Below, piece after piece: positions 47,837 to 56,699 of a stretch of DNA of 64,000 nucleotides. Below the pieces are notes generated by a model. It saw nothing but the letters and a program-made list of their open reading frames with translations. It was not told the DNA's origin and did no database searches. The DNA lies in the sequence record OZ035782.1. One strand, written 5' to 3'. The stretch is from Felixounavirus LF110P2. Within the stretch, counting starts at the first letter, position 1; each line of letters begins with the position of its first letter. Both the position numbers and the translations under genes were made by a program.

Positions 47837-48385
47837 TTAAATCAGTGTTTCCAGAACTGTTTTTAGGGATGACTTAGTTGTCTGATAAAAATGAGTGAAT
47901 CCGTTGTTATTATCGAATATCTGCATCATGATATCATCTCCCTTGATTGGATACACTCGGATATCATAGTGAAACCCATTAAAGACACAAGAACCACTAC
48001 AGAATGCACTAAAGTCAGCCACTGAGATATACTCTTCATGTCCTGTGATTTTTATACAAACACCTTTACTCGGTCTCTTAGGATTGATATCTTCCATCAC
48101 AGACATACTCTGTCCACCAAGAGATACCATAGTGACCACTTTACGGTTCTTCTGTCTAAAGTACATCTTAACTTTCTGCAAAGTGTCTTCATAGAACGGA
48201 TAAGACCTTTCTACAAAGATTCCTTCAAGTGGCTCTTTACCATTTTCAACTTCTCGGTTATGCCGTACTGCAAAGATAATTTGTTCGAACCAGTCAAGAT
48301 TTTCTTCGGAGAGTGCTTCCCGAACATTCTTCCAGTCAAGGACTAGATAGTTACCTTCAACATCTTTTAAGTTATCTTTTTCCAT
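47837..48385 (-). CDS. hypothetical protein
   Basis: Track ORF 47837-48460; start moved to internal Met at 48385 to avoid 62-nt overlap with upstream gene. Confidence 0.45.
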   Translation of the reverse strand: MEKDNLKDVEGNYLVLDWKNVREALSEENLDWFEQIIFAVRHNREVENGKEPLEGIFVERSYPFYEDTLQKVKMYFRQKNRKVVTMVSLGGQSMSVMEDINPKRPSKGVCIKITGHEEYISVADFSAFCSGSCVFNGFHYDIRVYPIKGDDIMMQIFDNNNGFTHFYQTTKSSLKTVLETLI

Positions 48386-48398
48386 ATCTATCACACCA

Positions 48399-48863
48399 TT
48401 ATCGTAAAACTTGATATTCTGGTACTGCGAATTTATTACTATTGTTCTTGATGAGGTCATCCTCTGAAACTAAAAATGTAATACCACATAAGTGTCTGTA
48501 ACGACTATCATACTCGAATATCTTAAACAGATATTTACCATCATGATAAACCTGTTGCACTTCACCTTCTGCAACAATCTCGCCTGTAATAAAATTTTTT
48601 AGTTTATACACATTACCAACTTTAGGTACTGTTTTCACTTCAGGCTCTTTTAGTACTACACCTATTTTTGTATCTCCGAGTAAATGAGAACTCTCAAAAG
48701 CTACGTGTTTCATATAGGCTTCTGAGCATTCCCAAATAAAACAATGTACAAGAACCTTAGCAGCATGTCTTGAGCAGTTCAACTTATCACAAATTTCTGT
48801 GTACATCTCATCTTTAGTAGAATTGTCAAGCATTGCTCTTTGAACGACTTCTTTAATTTTCAT
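48399..48863 (-). CDS. hypothetical protein
   Basis: 154-aa ORF. Confidence 0.45.
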   Translation of the reverse strand: MKIKEVVQRAMLDNSTKDEMYTEICDKLNCSRHAAKVLVHCFIWECSEAYMKHVAFESSHLLGDTKIGVVLKEPEVKTVPKVGNVYKLKNFITGEIVAEGEVQQVYHDGKYLFKIFEYDSRYRHLCGITFLVSEDDLIKNNSNKFAVPEYQVLR

Positions 48864-49275
48864 AAGCTCTCCGAATAACCCTATTAAACATTTCTAAAGT
48901 CAGCTTTCCAGATTCTAAATGTGGCATAATGAGCTTTAAAGCTTCTTCAACATCATGCACAACATCTATTATACCTTCTTCATAGGATTCTACGAGGATA
49001 TCTTTTACACCGATATAGCCTTCATTGATAAGGATTTGCATATCAAAATCTTTTGATTGCTTGTTTAACTTACCTCTCCAATACCCATCAGCATTAAAAG
49101 ATATCACTTCACACTCTTTAAAGTCCATATCATCTGCATTGAATGGAGTAATTATTGTACATTGGATTGGGTACTCTACACCAGTGGTGTCAACATCAAA
49201 AACCTTCACAGAAGTGTGTGGTTTCTTTGTTTTAGAGCAGTAAACTGTCAATCTTTTACCAATAAGCTCTTTCAT
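48853..49275 (-). CDS. hypothetical protein
   Basis: 140-aa ORF. Confidence 0.45.
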   Translation of the reverse strand: MKELIGKRLTVYCSKTKKPHTSVKVFDVDTTGVEYPIQCTIITPFNADDMDFKECEVISFNADGYWRGKLNKQSKDFDMQILINEGYIGVKDILVESYEEGIIDVVHDVEEALKLIMPHLESGKLTLEMFNRVIRRAYEN

Positions 49276-49327
49276 TTCGCTACCTTCTAAGTTTCTACAA
49301 AGGGGCTATCAAGTAACCCCTAAGTTA

Positions 49328-49552
49328 TTACTCAGACTTTTCAGTCTTCTTATCGGATTTCTTACTAGTCTTCTTCTCAGCTTTCTGCTCAGGTTCCTTC
49401 TCAGAAGTTGCCTTGATAACCATATCAAGAAGCTCTGATAAGTCACTCTTCAGCAAAGTAACAGGCTGCTCATTGTAGAAGTTTTTGTCAAGATAAACTT
49501 TGAACTCTTCTATAGAAGGAAATCCAAAAATTGGTACAGGTGTCTTAATCAT
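49328..49552 (-). CDS. hypothetical protein with Lys-rich C-terminus
   Basis: 74 aa, C-terminal KAEKKTSKKSDKKTEKSE. Confidence 0.4.
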   Translation of the reverse strand: MIKTPVPIFGFPSIEEFKVYLDKNFYNEQPVTLLKSDLSELLDMVIKATSEKEPEQKAEKKTSKKSDKKTEKSE

Positions 49553-49628
49553 TACTTAGTCTCTCCATAGGCATCTTTTAAGATTGCCTTGTTAATCATT
49601 TCAGCGATTGCAAAACGAACACATACAG

Positions 49629-50132
49629 CTATAATTGTAGGTTGCATTCTTTACTTACCTCTTCAAGTTTAACTTCAGAGTCCTTAAGTCGTTTCTTATG
49701 AACTCTGAACCTCATTAGTGAGATGATGATACCAGCTAAAGGAACAGCATACAAGTACCAAACATCATGTACCTTTGCAGTAATCTGTGTAATGGTCAAG
49801 TCTTGAGCTATGCAGCTAATTGCTGATACTGTCAGTAACATTGCTAAGAAGAACGCCAGTACCATAACAATACTTAGGCAGCCTCTAGCATGGTGTTCAT
49901 GCTTAATACACTTATTCTTTTCGTCAACAACCCTGTTGTAGTCGTTTGTAAAGTCTCTGTAGAAAGCTTTCAAGTATTCTTGAGTGTAGCCTTCAAAGCA
50001 ACCTGTACCGTACCAATAATCACCACCAAAATGTGCTATGATACCAGTATCCCCATTTGGTTTGGTTACTCTTAGTGAAGTATGATGACCAGTCTTCTGG
50101 TAATCTATTTTGTATCTTTCTTCGTAAATCAT
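49629..50132 (-). CDS. hypothetical membrane protein
   Basis: TM helix (LSIVMVLAFFLAMLLTVSAI); start moved to Met at 50132. Confidence 0.45.
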   Translation of the reverse strand: MIYEERYKIDYQKTGHHTSLRVTKPNGDTGIIAHFGGDYWYGTGCFEGYTQEYLKAFYRDFTNDYNRVVDEKNKCIKHEHHARGCLSIVMVLAFFLAMLLTVSAISCIAQDLTITQITAKVHDVWYLYAVPLAGIIISLMRFRVHKKRLKDSEVKLEEVSKECNLQL

Positions 50133-50347
50133 TTTCCAACCCCTCTCAATCGTTTGTTCCACTCAAGGTCAACAAGTCTTTGCAGGACTTTCCCTCTAGG
50201 TGTTACACCTTTTAAATCTGCATCGTAACAACGGTAAAAGTCACCTTCAGCGTGTTTACCATAGCATTTTCTGATATTCTGGCTTCTGCGATACTGCTCT
50301 AACAGGGATAGTTTGTAGTAATCTTCAACTGTAGTTAACTTTTTCAT
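50129..50347 (-). CDS. hypothetical protein
   Basis: 72-aa ORF. Confidence 0.4.
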   Translation of the reverse strand: MKKLTTVEDYYKLSLLEQYRRSQNIRKCYGKHAEGDFYRCYDADLKGVTPRGKVLQRLVDLEWNKRLRGVGK

Positions 50348-50889
50348 TCTTTCACCATAGCATTTCTGAACTGGCGTTGTGTTTCTCTTGTAATTTCGTT
50401 TGGAGTAAACCCTGCTTTTAGCATATCTCTGAAAAGAACTTCTAAATGGTTCCTCTCAATGATGTAAATAGCATTCTGAGTAGCTGTTTTACGCTCCTTC
50501 AGGTCACTACTAAGCTCTTCGCACTTACTGGTAAGCTCTGTGTCAACTTTCTTATAGACTGGCATAACATGTGCGTAGCAACCTTTATTAGTCTCCATGA
50601 AAAATTTAAAAGATTCTTCAGAGTCCTTTAGAGCAATCCCTATAAAGTTTTTGTAAGCACCTGTGAAAGATAAGGAATCAATCTCAGCAGTTGAGTATAC
50701 AGTCCCTGCACACAGTCTTGCAGAAGTACTGAATGTGTGGTTTGGTGTTGTGTCAAAGTCTAAGTTCTTCAGCGGTCGGAAATAAACTGTACCATTGTGC
50801 GAGATGTGTGTTACAATAGCCTCAACACTCTTTGAAGGATTCTGTTTAACATACAAAATAATTTTATCGTGTTCTTTCACTTTAGCCAT
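50344..50889 (-). CDS. hypothetical protein
   Basis: 181-aa ORF. Confidence 0.45.
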   Translation of the reverse strand: MAKVKEHDKIILYVKQNPSKSVEAIVTHISHNGTVYFRPLKNLDFDTTPNHTFSTSARLCAGTVYSTAEIDSLSFTGAYKNFIGIALKDSEESFKFFMETNKGCYAHVMPVYKKVDTELTSKCEELSSDLKERKTATQNAIYIIERNHLEVLFRDMLKAGFTPNEITRETQRQFRNAMVKE

Positions 50890-50961
50890 ATCTATTCTCC
50901 AGAAACTAAAAAGGGAACTACCTCTCGATAGCTCCCATCATAGTCAATATTGTATACTCGG

Positions 50962-51543
50962 TCAAGAGTATTTTTTAGGCAGCAATGCACTACGCTTGTT
51001 ACTCTCTTCACTCAATAGTGCAATGAAGTCATCACTTTTACCTTTCCACGGGCTGAATGAAGGGATATGTTCACGGATAGCCTCGATAACCGTCTTAAGT
51101 GCCGTGTTCTTCATCCACCAATCAGAATCTGCTGATGCCACCACGTAGTATCCACCGTCATCAGTTAAAATTGGCTCTGAAATACATGGTGAAATCAAAG
51201 TGGTGATAATTGAACCATTGTTCATGTAGTATGTGCGTTTCATAACCTTTTCAAGAAGCTTGTGAAGGTCGCCAAACAGTGTTACAAGTTCTTTGTGGTC
51301 AATATCTTTTTCGAGGTTTGCTCGATACTTCAATAGTGCAGCATCAACCTCTCTGTCATTGAACTTGAAATATTGAACCTCTTCAACAAGGCAAACACTG
51401 ATATTGTTAACATTCATAGTCAACTTGCAAACTTTTGCAGGAGAGTTGATACTTGGTTGAAAAAGTGCAATACACCCTTCAATGTTTCCAAAATGTTGGA
51501 CTAGTGTTACTTGTGGAGTGATATTCTGTTGCTCTTCGGACAT
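50962..51543 (-). CDS. hypothetical protein
   Basis: 193-aa ORF. Confidence 0.45.
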   Translation of the reverse strand: MSEEQQNITPQVTLVQHFGNIEGCIALFQPSINSPAKVCKLTMNVNNISVCLVEEVQYFKFNDREVDAALLKYRANLEKDIDHKELVTLFGDLHKLLEKVMKRTYYMNNGSIITTLISPCISEPILTDDGGYYVVASADSDWWMKNTALKTVIEAIREHIPSFSPWKGKSDDFIALLSEESNKRSALLPKKYS

Positions 51544-51887
51544 TACAGTTTCCTCATTAAATACTTTTTAAGTTGTGTGTTAGGTTTCTCAAAAACTTCT
51601 ATAGAAGATATCTTAACAGCTTCACCACGCATACCAGTATGTTTGAATATGTAGTACTCTAACATCCCTATGTACTTTGCTGGTAAGTCATGCTTGACAT
51701 ACACCGTTACAGAATCTTCAAATTCGACAACCTTTGTACCATCTTTGTAGTTAAACTCTTTAGGATGGTCGTAGTTGTCTATGTCATACATTAAAAAGAG
51801 TCTTTTACGTTGTAGGTCAAGCTTATTTGTTAAAGACTCTTTGATATCTGAGAAGTTTTTGTAAACTGTGACATGGAGCTTACTCAT
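51543..51887 (-). CDS. hypothetical protein
   Basis: 114-aa ORF. Confidence 0.45.
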   Translation of the reverse strand: MSKLHVTVYKNFSDIKESLTNKLDLQRKRLFLMYDIDNYDHPKEFNYKDGTKVVEFEDSVTVYVKHDLPAKYIGMLEYYIFKHTGMRGEAVKISSIEVFEKPNTQLKKYLMRKL

Positions 51888-52173
51888 CGTTAAACTCTCT
51901 GACGAAGAAATAGTTGACTTTATTATTACCTACCATAAGGTCAAAGCAGGTATTCTCAAAAGGTTTGTTGTAGGCATCATATGAAACGTATGGGTCAGAT
52001 ACTTGCTTAGTACTTAACTTCTTACTTGATGGGTTTAAGAGGCCACCATACAGCTTCTTGATAGCCTCTTCTACAACAGACCAGATAATTTCGTCAGTAA
52101 TTTCTTCGTACAGGTCAAGTTCACGCTCTAGTGAGAAGTCACAAATAGGGAAAACAACCTGTACTTTACTCAT
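51880..52173 (-). CDS. hypothetical protein
   Basis: 97-aa ORF. Confidence 0.45.
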   Translation of the reverse strand: MSKVQVVFPICDFSLERELDLYEEITDEIIWSVVEEAIKKLYGGLLNPSSKKLSTKQVSDPYVSYDAYNKPFENTCFDLMVGNNKVNYFFVREFNDE

Positions 52174-52580
52174 TAACGAATAACCTGTGAGACTTGAATT
52201 GCTTCAGTTACTGACAAGTCACCTACTTTCTCTTCTTTGATAAAAGTGAAGGTGAGTTCAACAGGTTCTTGCTCTTCTTGCTCTTCTTGCTCAACTGGAA
52301 CACCATTAAGCTCATCAAAGATTGATTGAGTTGTCCAGTCTTCTCCACCATCTGGATAGTGGATTACGTAGAGAGGGAACTCTGTGTTAAACCAACCAAA
52401 TACAGGGCAGCCATCTTCATCATCTCGCACCCGATGAAGGGTGCTTCCAGACCCTGTAAAACGAAGGAATAAATCTCCGTTGCACTTGAATATTACTGCG
52501 TCGGCAAAACCGATGTCTTCTCGACCATCATGACCAAATGTGTCAACCTTTACTTGAATATCTCTAACATCTTTATTCAT
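52173..52580 (-). CDS. hypothetical protein
   Basis: 135-aa ORF. Confidence 0.45.
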   Translation of the reverse strand: MNKDVRDIQVKVDTFGHDGREDIGFADAVIFKCNGDLFLRFTGSGSTLHRVRDDEDGCPVFGWFNTEFPLYVIHYPDGGEDWTTQSIFDELNGVPVEQEEQEEQEPVELTFTFIKEEKVGDLSVTEAIQVSQVIR

Positions 52581-52971
52581 AAAAACCTCTCTCTGCTTGT
52601 TCGATTTTTGCTCTTAAGGTTTCGCAATGCTGTAGATGGTAGTTAGCTTCTTGTTCATGTGTTGCTAACTGCCTTTCCAGAACAGATTTATAGTAACCTG
52701 CAAGTTGCTCTTTTGTCAATGGGTGCTCTGAAATAATATCAAGTCCACTTTCACCAAGAGGGTTGAATTGTCCATGTTCGTTGACATTGTAAGTCTCAAA
52801 CTTGAACAGGCCATTGTTCACAGACTCAATAGGTGACAACTCAACAAGCTCTACAGTAAACCGTGTATATACCTTGTCACCTCTTGAAACCACATTGTTC
52901 CCGACAATGCGTACAAGCGAGCCATTACGAGTGTACTTAAAAGTTCCAAAGTCACTAGCCCAAAGTTTCAT
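52573..52971 (-). CDS. hypothetical protein
   Basis: 132-aa ORF. Confidence 0.45.
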   Translation of the reverse strand: MKLWASDFGTFKYTRNGSLVRIVGNNVVSRGDKVYTRFTVELVELSPIESVNNGLFKFETYNVNEHGQFNPLGESGLDIISEHPLTKEQLAGYYKSVLERQLATHEQEANYHLQHCETLRAKIEQAERGFYE

Positions 52972-52987
52972 AGTTTTCTCCTTAGAA

Positions 52988-53011
52988 AATAAAAAAGGCT
53001 CCCGAAGGAGC
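52988..53011 (-). terminator. rho-independent terminator (minus strand)
   Basis: On minus strand GGCTCC-TTCG-GGAGCC followed by TTTTTTATTTT, just after the endolysin gene. Confidence 0.55.
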
Positions 53012-53022
53012 CTATGAAGATA

Positions 53023-53487
53023 TTACTTTGGGTATAAACTGTCAAGATAAATATCAGCTTCCATTCTACGTCTGTTTTTCAGTCCGTTTGAAGTGACTTT
53101 CTTACCTTTGACTGTAACCTTGTTCCACCACTGCATAGCTTCTGCACAACCTACCTTATCACCATCGTTGTGGCGCTTGATAAATGTGGAGTCCTGCATA
53201 GCTGTGATACCAATGTTGTATGTTTCACTTACAAGTGCGTCAAACTCATTCTGAGAAGTTGGAACCTTGACGGCTTTGTTCACTGCTGCAACGAACTTTT
53301 CAACATCTGCGAGAAGATACTGTTCAGCTTGTTCAGCGGTAATCTTCATACCCATCTTAACAGGTTTACCAGCAATACGGATTGTCCCATACCCAATTGT
53401 GGGGATTCCAGCAGAATCTTCGTAAGCCTCTAGCTTAAGACCTTCAAAGAACTTAATAGCGTCTAAACCTTTTCTTGAGAGTTGCAT
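53023..53487 (-). CDS. endolysin, GH24 lysozyme
   Basis: N-terminal KFFEGLKLEAYEDSAGIPTIGYG (EG...Y.D..G..TIGYG catalytic region) typical of T4 e / lambda R-type lysozymes. Confidence 0.8.
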   Translation of the reverse strand: MQLSRKGLDAIKFFEGLKLEAYEDSAGIPTIGYGTIRIAGKPVKMGMKITAEQAEQYLLADVEKFVAAVNKAVKVPTSQNEFDALVSETYNIGITAMQDSTFIKRHNDGDKVGCAEAMQWWNKVTVKGKKVTSNGLKNRRRMEADIYLDSLYPK

Positions 53488-54620
53488 TATGCCTCCCCTG
53501 CTGGATTAACTGTAACTGTTGCTGCATTAGATGTTACAGAGCCACCTGCGCCAGTAACTACACAGGTGTAGCTTCCTGCATCAGCAGCGGTTGCTCCTTC
53601 TTTGGTGTAGGTTGCAGTAGTTGCATCGAGGATGTCTTCCTCATCTTTCTTCCACTGATAACCTGTTGCACCTGTTGCCACAACATTCAACGTTAAGGTC
53701 TCACCTTCATTGATTTCTTGATTGGTTGGCTGTTGAGTGATGACAGGAAGTGCATTCACAGTAACTGTTGCAGGGCTAGAAGTAACAGAACCACCTGCAC
53801 CTGTTACAACGCAAGTGTATGAACCTGCATCTGCTGGCAGAGCACCAGACTTACTATAGGTTGCATCTGTAGCCGAAGGAATGTCAGAGCCATCTTTCTT
53901 CCACTGATAACCTGTTGCACCTGTTGCAGTCACTTCCAAGTTGATGTTTCCACCCTCATTGATGGTCTGGCTAGAAGGTTGTTGTGTAATCACAGGTAGT
54001 GCGTTCACAGTCACTGTTGCTGCATCTGAGGTAACACTTGTTCCACCCTCTCCAGATACAACACAAGTGTATGAACCAGCGTCAGAAGGTGCTACTGACT
54101 GTTTTGTGTAAGTTGCAGAATTGGCACTAGGGATGTCCTCACCATCCTTCTTCCACTGATATCCAGTGGCGTTAGTTGCTAGAATGTTTAGAGTAAGTGT
54201 GCCACCCTCATTGACTGTTTGACCTGTTGGTTGCTGAGTAATTGCTGGTGGCTTAATAGCATCCTTCAACTTAGCATTCAACATTGAGAACGGCTTAACT
54301 CTTGCCAACCATTCACAGTAAATTGTGTCAACATCTTTACCATTGATGATTGCATACTGCAAATCCATGAAGAAATCAGCAGTTCTCATCTGTGCACCAA
54401 CACTGTAAAGCAATTCATCACTAAATGGAACTTTGTAGTCTGGTTTGTAGTCAAACTTCTCAACTTCTGCAATATCAGCTTCAGGCCAATATGAACTATA
54501 GGTAAGTGGTAAAATAGCCTCTTGATATGTTCTAAAATCATATCTCTTACCAGCCTTTACATTTGCAATGAAACCCTTCACAAACTCTTTGAAGTCTGGG
54601 TAAGTCTTTGCTTTAATCAT
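53487..54620 (-). CDS. protein with three tandem Ig-like repeats
   Basis: Three ~85-aa repeats (ITQQP..QT.NEGG...L.V.ATGATGYQWKKDG.DI.....ATY.K......DAGSYTCVV.G.GGS.TS..ATVTVNA); N-terminal domain paralogous to the next gene. Confidence 0.6.
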   Translation of the reverse strand: MIKAKTYPDFKEFVKGFIANVKAGKRYDFRTYQEAILPLTYSSYWPEADIAEVEKFDYKPDYKVPFSDELLYSVGAQMRTADFFMDLQYAIINGKDVDTIYCEWLARVKPFSMLNAKLKDAIKPPAITQQPTGQTVNEGGTLTLNILATNATGYQWKKDGEDIPSANSATYTKQSVAPSDAGSYTCVVSGEGGTSVTSDAATVTVNALPVITQQPSSQTINEGGNINLEVTATGATGYQWKKDGSDIPSATDATYSKSGALPADAGSYTCVVTGAGGSVTSSPATVTVNALPVITQQPTNQEINEGETLTLNVVATGATGYQWKKDEEDILDATTATYTKEGATAADAGSYTCVVTGAGGSVTSNAATVTVNPAGEA

Positions 54621-54988
54621 TTCTTTTTAGCCTCTAAATGTGCGTTTAGTCTAAAATAACCTTTGTGATGCGGAGATACATCACCAACAACAATACCTTT
54701 GACCTTATAACCTTTACCAATTACATACTGGATATCCATAAGGAATCTTCCAAGACCAACAATATGGAACATTGGATATAATAGATTCTCAGAATCTGGA
54801 ATATTGATTTCAGGTTTGTAGGTGCGTTGTTCGCTTGTTGGTGTAATATCTTCTTCAGGCCATTTACTGAGTCTCCATGTCAAAGGTGTTGGGATAACAT
54901 CATTAAGGTTGTACCTTTCACCATTTTGCACGGAATTGATATAGGATTGTAGGAAGCAATAAAAGTCTTTTGCACTCTTAGCCTTCAT
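54617..54988 (-). CDS. hypothetical protein, paralog of the N-terminal domain of the Ig-repeat protein
   Basis: MKAKSAKDFYCFLQSYINSVQNGERY vs MIKAKTYPDFKEFVKGFIANVKAGKRY. Confidence 0.5.
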   Translation of the reverse strand: MKAKSAKDFYCFLQSYINSVQNGERYNLNDVIPTPLTWRLSKWPEEDITPTSEQRTYKPEINIPDSENLLYPMFHIVGLGRFLMDIQYVIGKGYKVKGIVVGDVSPHHKGYFRLNAHLEAKKK

Positions 54989-55035
54989 TAAATATCCTTA
55001 TAAATAGTTAAAGGGGCATCAGCCCCTATTCACAC

Positions 55036-55626
55036 TTAAGCTTTGGTCTTAAGTAGGTTCTTAAGTTTTTTAAGATTCATACTCTCATCAAACTTAAAAC
55101 CAAATCCATTGACATAATCAATGAACTCGGATTTCTTACTAAGTGACAATGCGTAACTCATATCAAAGTTCTTACTTGTTTCTGCGTCTGGACTAGAGTT
55201 CACATCAAATGAAATTTCTGTAGGTTCTTGCTTACTTTTTCTCATATTATCAACCAACAAACATGTATAGTTTGCTGGATAGAAGTTTACACTACCATCA
55301 ACGTAGCTGTACTTATTATTATGGATAAGGTTTGAAAATACCTTAAGGAATGTTTCTGAGTCGTGGCAAACAAGTTTGAATTGGCTGCTCTCTCCAAGCG
55401 CAACTAATGAGTACGGACTTTCACTATCAAAGTCATAATTTGGATTCGATGCCGTTACTGTTACACGCATCAAGTTATTAGCAATGGTCTTCTGTTTAAA
55501 AGAATTTTGAACATAGTGAAGACCTCTATCACACTGATTGACTAGCTCTTTAAGTAGGTCATTTGCATATGGTGAATTAATTGATACAGAGCCATCACTA
55601 TTGTAATTAAAACTTACTGTTAACAT
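55036..55626 (-). CDS. hypothetical protein
   Basis: 196-aa ORF. Confidence 0.45.
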   Translation of the reverse strand: MLTVSFNYNSDGSVSINSPYANDLLKELVNQCDRGLHYVQNSFKQKTIANNLMRVTVTASNPNYDFDSESPYSLVALGESSQFKLVCHDSETFLKVFSNLIHNNKYSYVDGSVNFYPANYTCLLVDNMRKSKQEPTEISFDVNSSPDAETSKNFDMSYALSLSKKSEFIDYVNGFGFKFDESMNLKKLKNLLKTKA

Positions 55627-55853
55627 TTTTCAGTTCTCCTGCGATTTATAATTTTGCTGCAATAGAGAAACGAAGTAAACTCACTGGAAGAAACCATTAA
55701 GTGTTGTTCACTAGATTGAGCCATTGCCCTGAAATACATTCCAGTCAAAGCATCATAGTGACTATTCTTTCCAATTGAGGTTATATAGCCATGACTCTTT
55801 GCAGTTTGATATAAATCTATAATATCTGCGATTTCTAATTGGGAACTACACAT
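55620..55853 (-). CDS. hypothetical protein
   Basis: 77-aa ORF. Confidence 0.4.
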   Translation of the reverse strand: MCSSQLEIADIIDLYQTAKSHGYITSIGKNSHYDALTGMYFRAMAQSSEQHLMVSSSEFTSFLYCSKIINRRRTEKC

Positions 55854-56092
55854 AGATAATCCTCTTGTCTTCTGTAATTTTGAAAGAACAGGTACAGACC
55901 AATTTCAGAGGATGAATAGTAGATTAACTCTACCCTTTTTGATTCCTTACAGTGATTGGTATTCTTACCTTTCTTCGGTTTATTTGATTTTCTCATTAAG
56001 TCTCCTTTGTAGAACAAGGCAGACCTACAGCTTTAAGTAAGATGGTACAGTAATCCATACAACAAGTCAAGAACTATTGCAAGTTAAAAAAG

Positions 56093-56135
56093 TTGTTGAC
56101 AAAGTACTTGACAAGGTGTAGGCTTATAAATACTT
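56093..56135 (+). promoter_or_regulatory. candidate sigma70-like promoter with doubled TTGACA
   Basis: TTGACAAAGTACTTGACAAGGTGTAGGCTTATAAAT; near-identical architecture to 10536. Confidence 0.4.
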
Positions 56136-56245
56136 AGAAGATAACTTAAAAGGTTCCTCTAAAAAGGCTATTTAAACAGATATCTTTCTGGATATCTATC
56201 TTTTATCTTAAAAGCCTTTTAAGAGGTCTTATAAGAGGCATACCA

Positions 56246-56617
56246 ATGAAAAACAGAACAAACAAAGGCCAGTTTAAAAAAGGCCAGTCTGGAAACCCAT
56301 CTGGAAGACCAAAAGGCTCACGTAACAAAAGTTCACTCGTAAAAGCTCAACTGACCATTGATAATTCTGCTGAGTTTGCTGCAAAGTTGTTTGAAGCGAT
56401 TGTTACAAGGGACGCTGCTAAGCTTGCAGAGTTCGGTTTGACGACTGACGATGTAAACCTGAAGTCGATGATGGAAGCTGGTAAAACTATCATGACCCAC
56501 TCAGCAGGTGAGATGAAAGCGATTGCAGCAGACACTAAGAAGACCCCTGATAATGGTGGTCAACCTCAGACAGATAACAAACCAACGTTCTCTGCTGTAG
56601 CGACTCTCAAAAAATAA
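56246..56617 (+). CDS. hypothetical protein with Gly-rich basic N-terminus
   Basis: N-terminus KGQFKKGQSGNPSGRPKGSRNK, a motif common in phage proteins; function unknown. Confidence 0.5.
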   Translation: MKNRTNKGQFKKGQSGNPSGRPKGSRNKSSLVKAQLTIDNSAEFAAKLFEAIVTRDAAKLAEFGLTTDDVNLKSMMEAGKTIMTHSAGEMKAIAADTKKTPDNGGQPQTDNKPTFSAVATLKK

Positions 56618-56699
56618 TTTTAAAAGGTGTTGACAGACTCTACAAAGTTACTCTAAAGTCTGTCACATCAACAAACAAAATGAGAGAAGAGAGTAAAAT

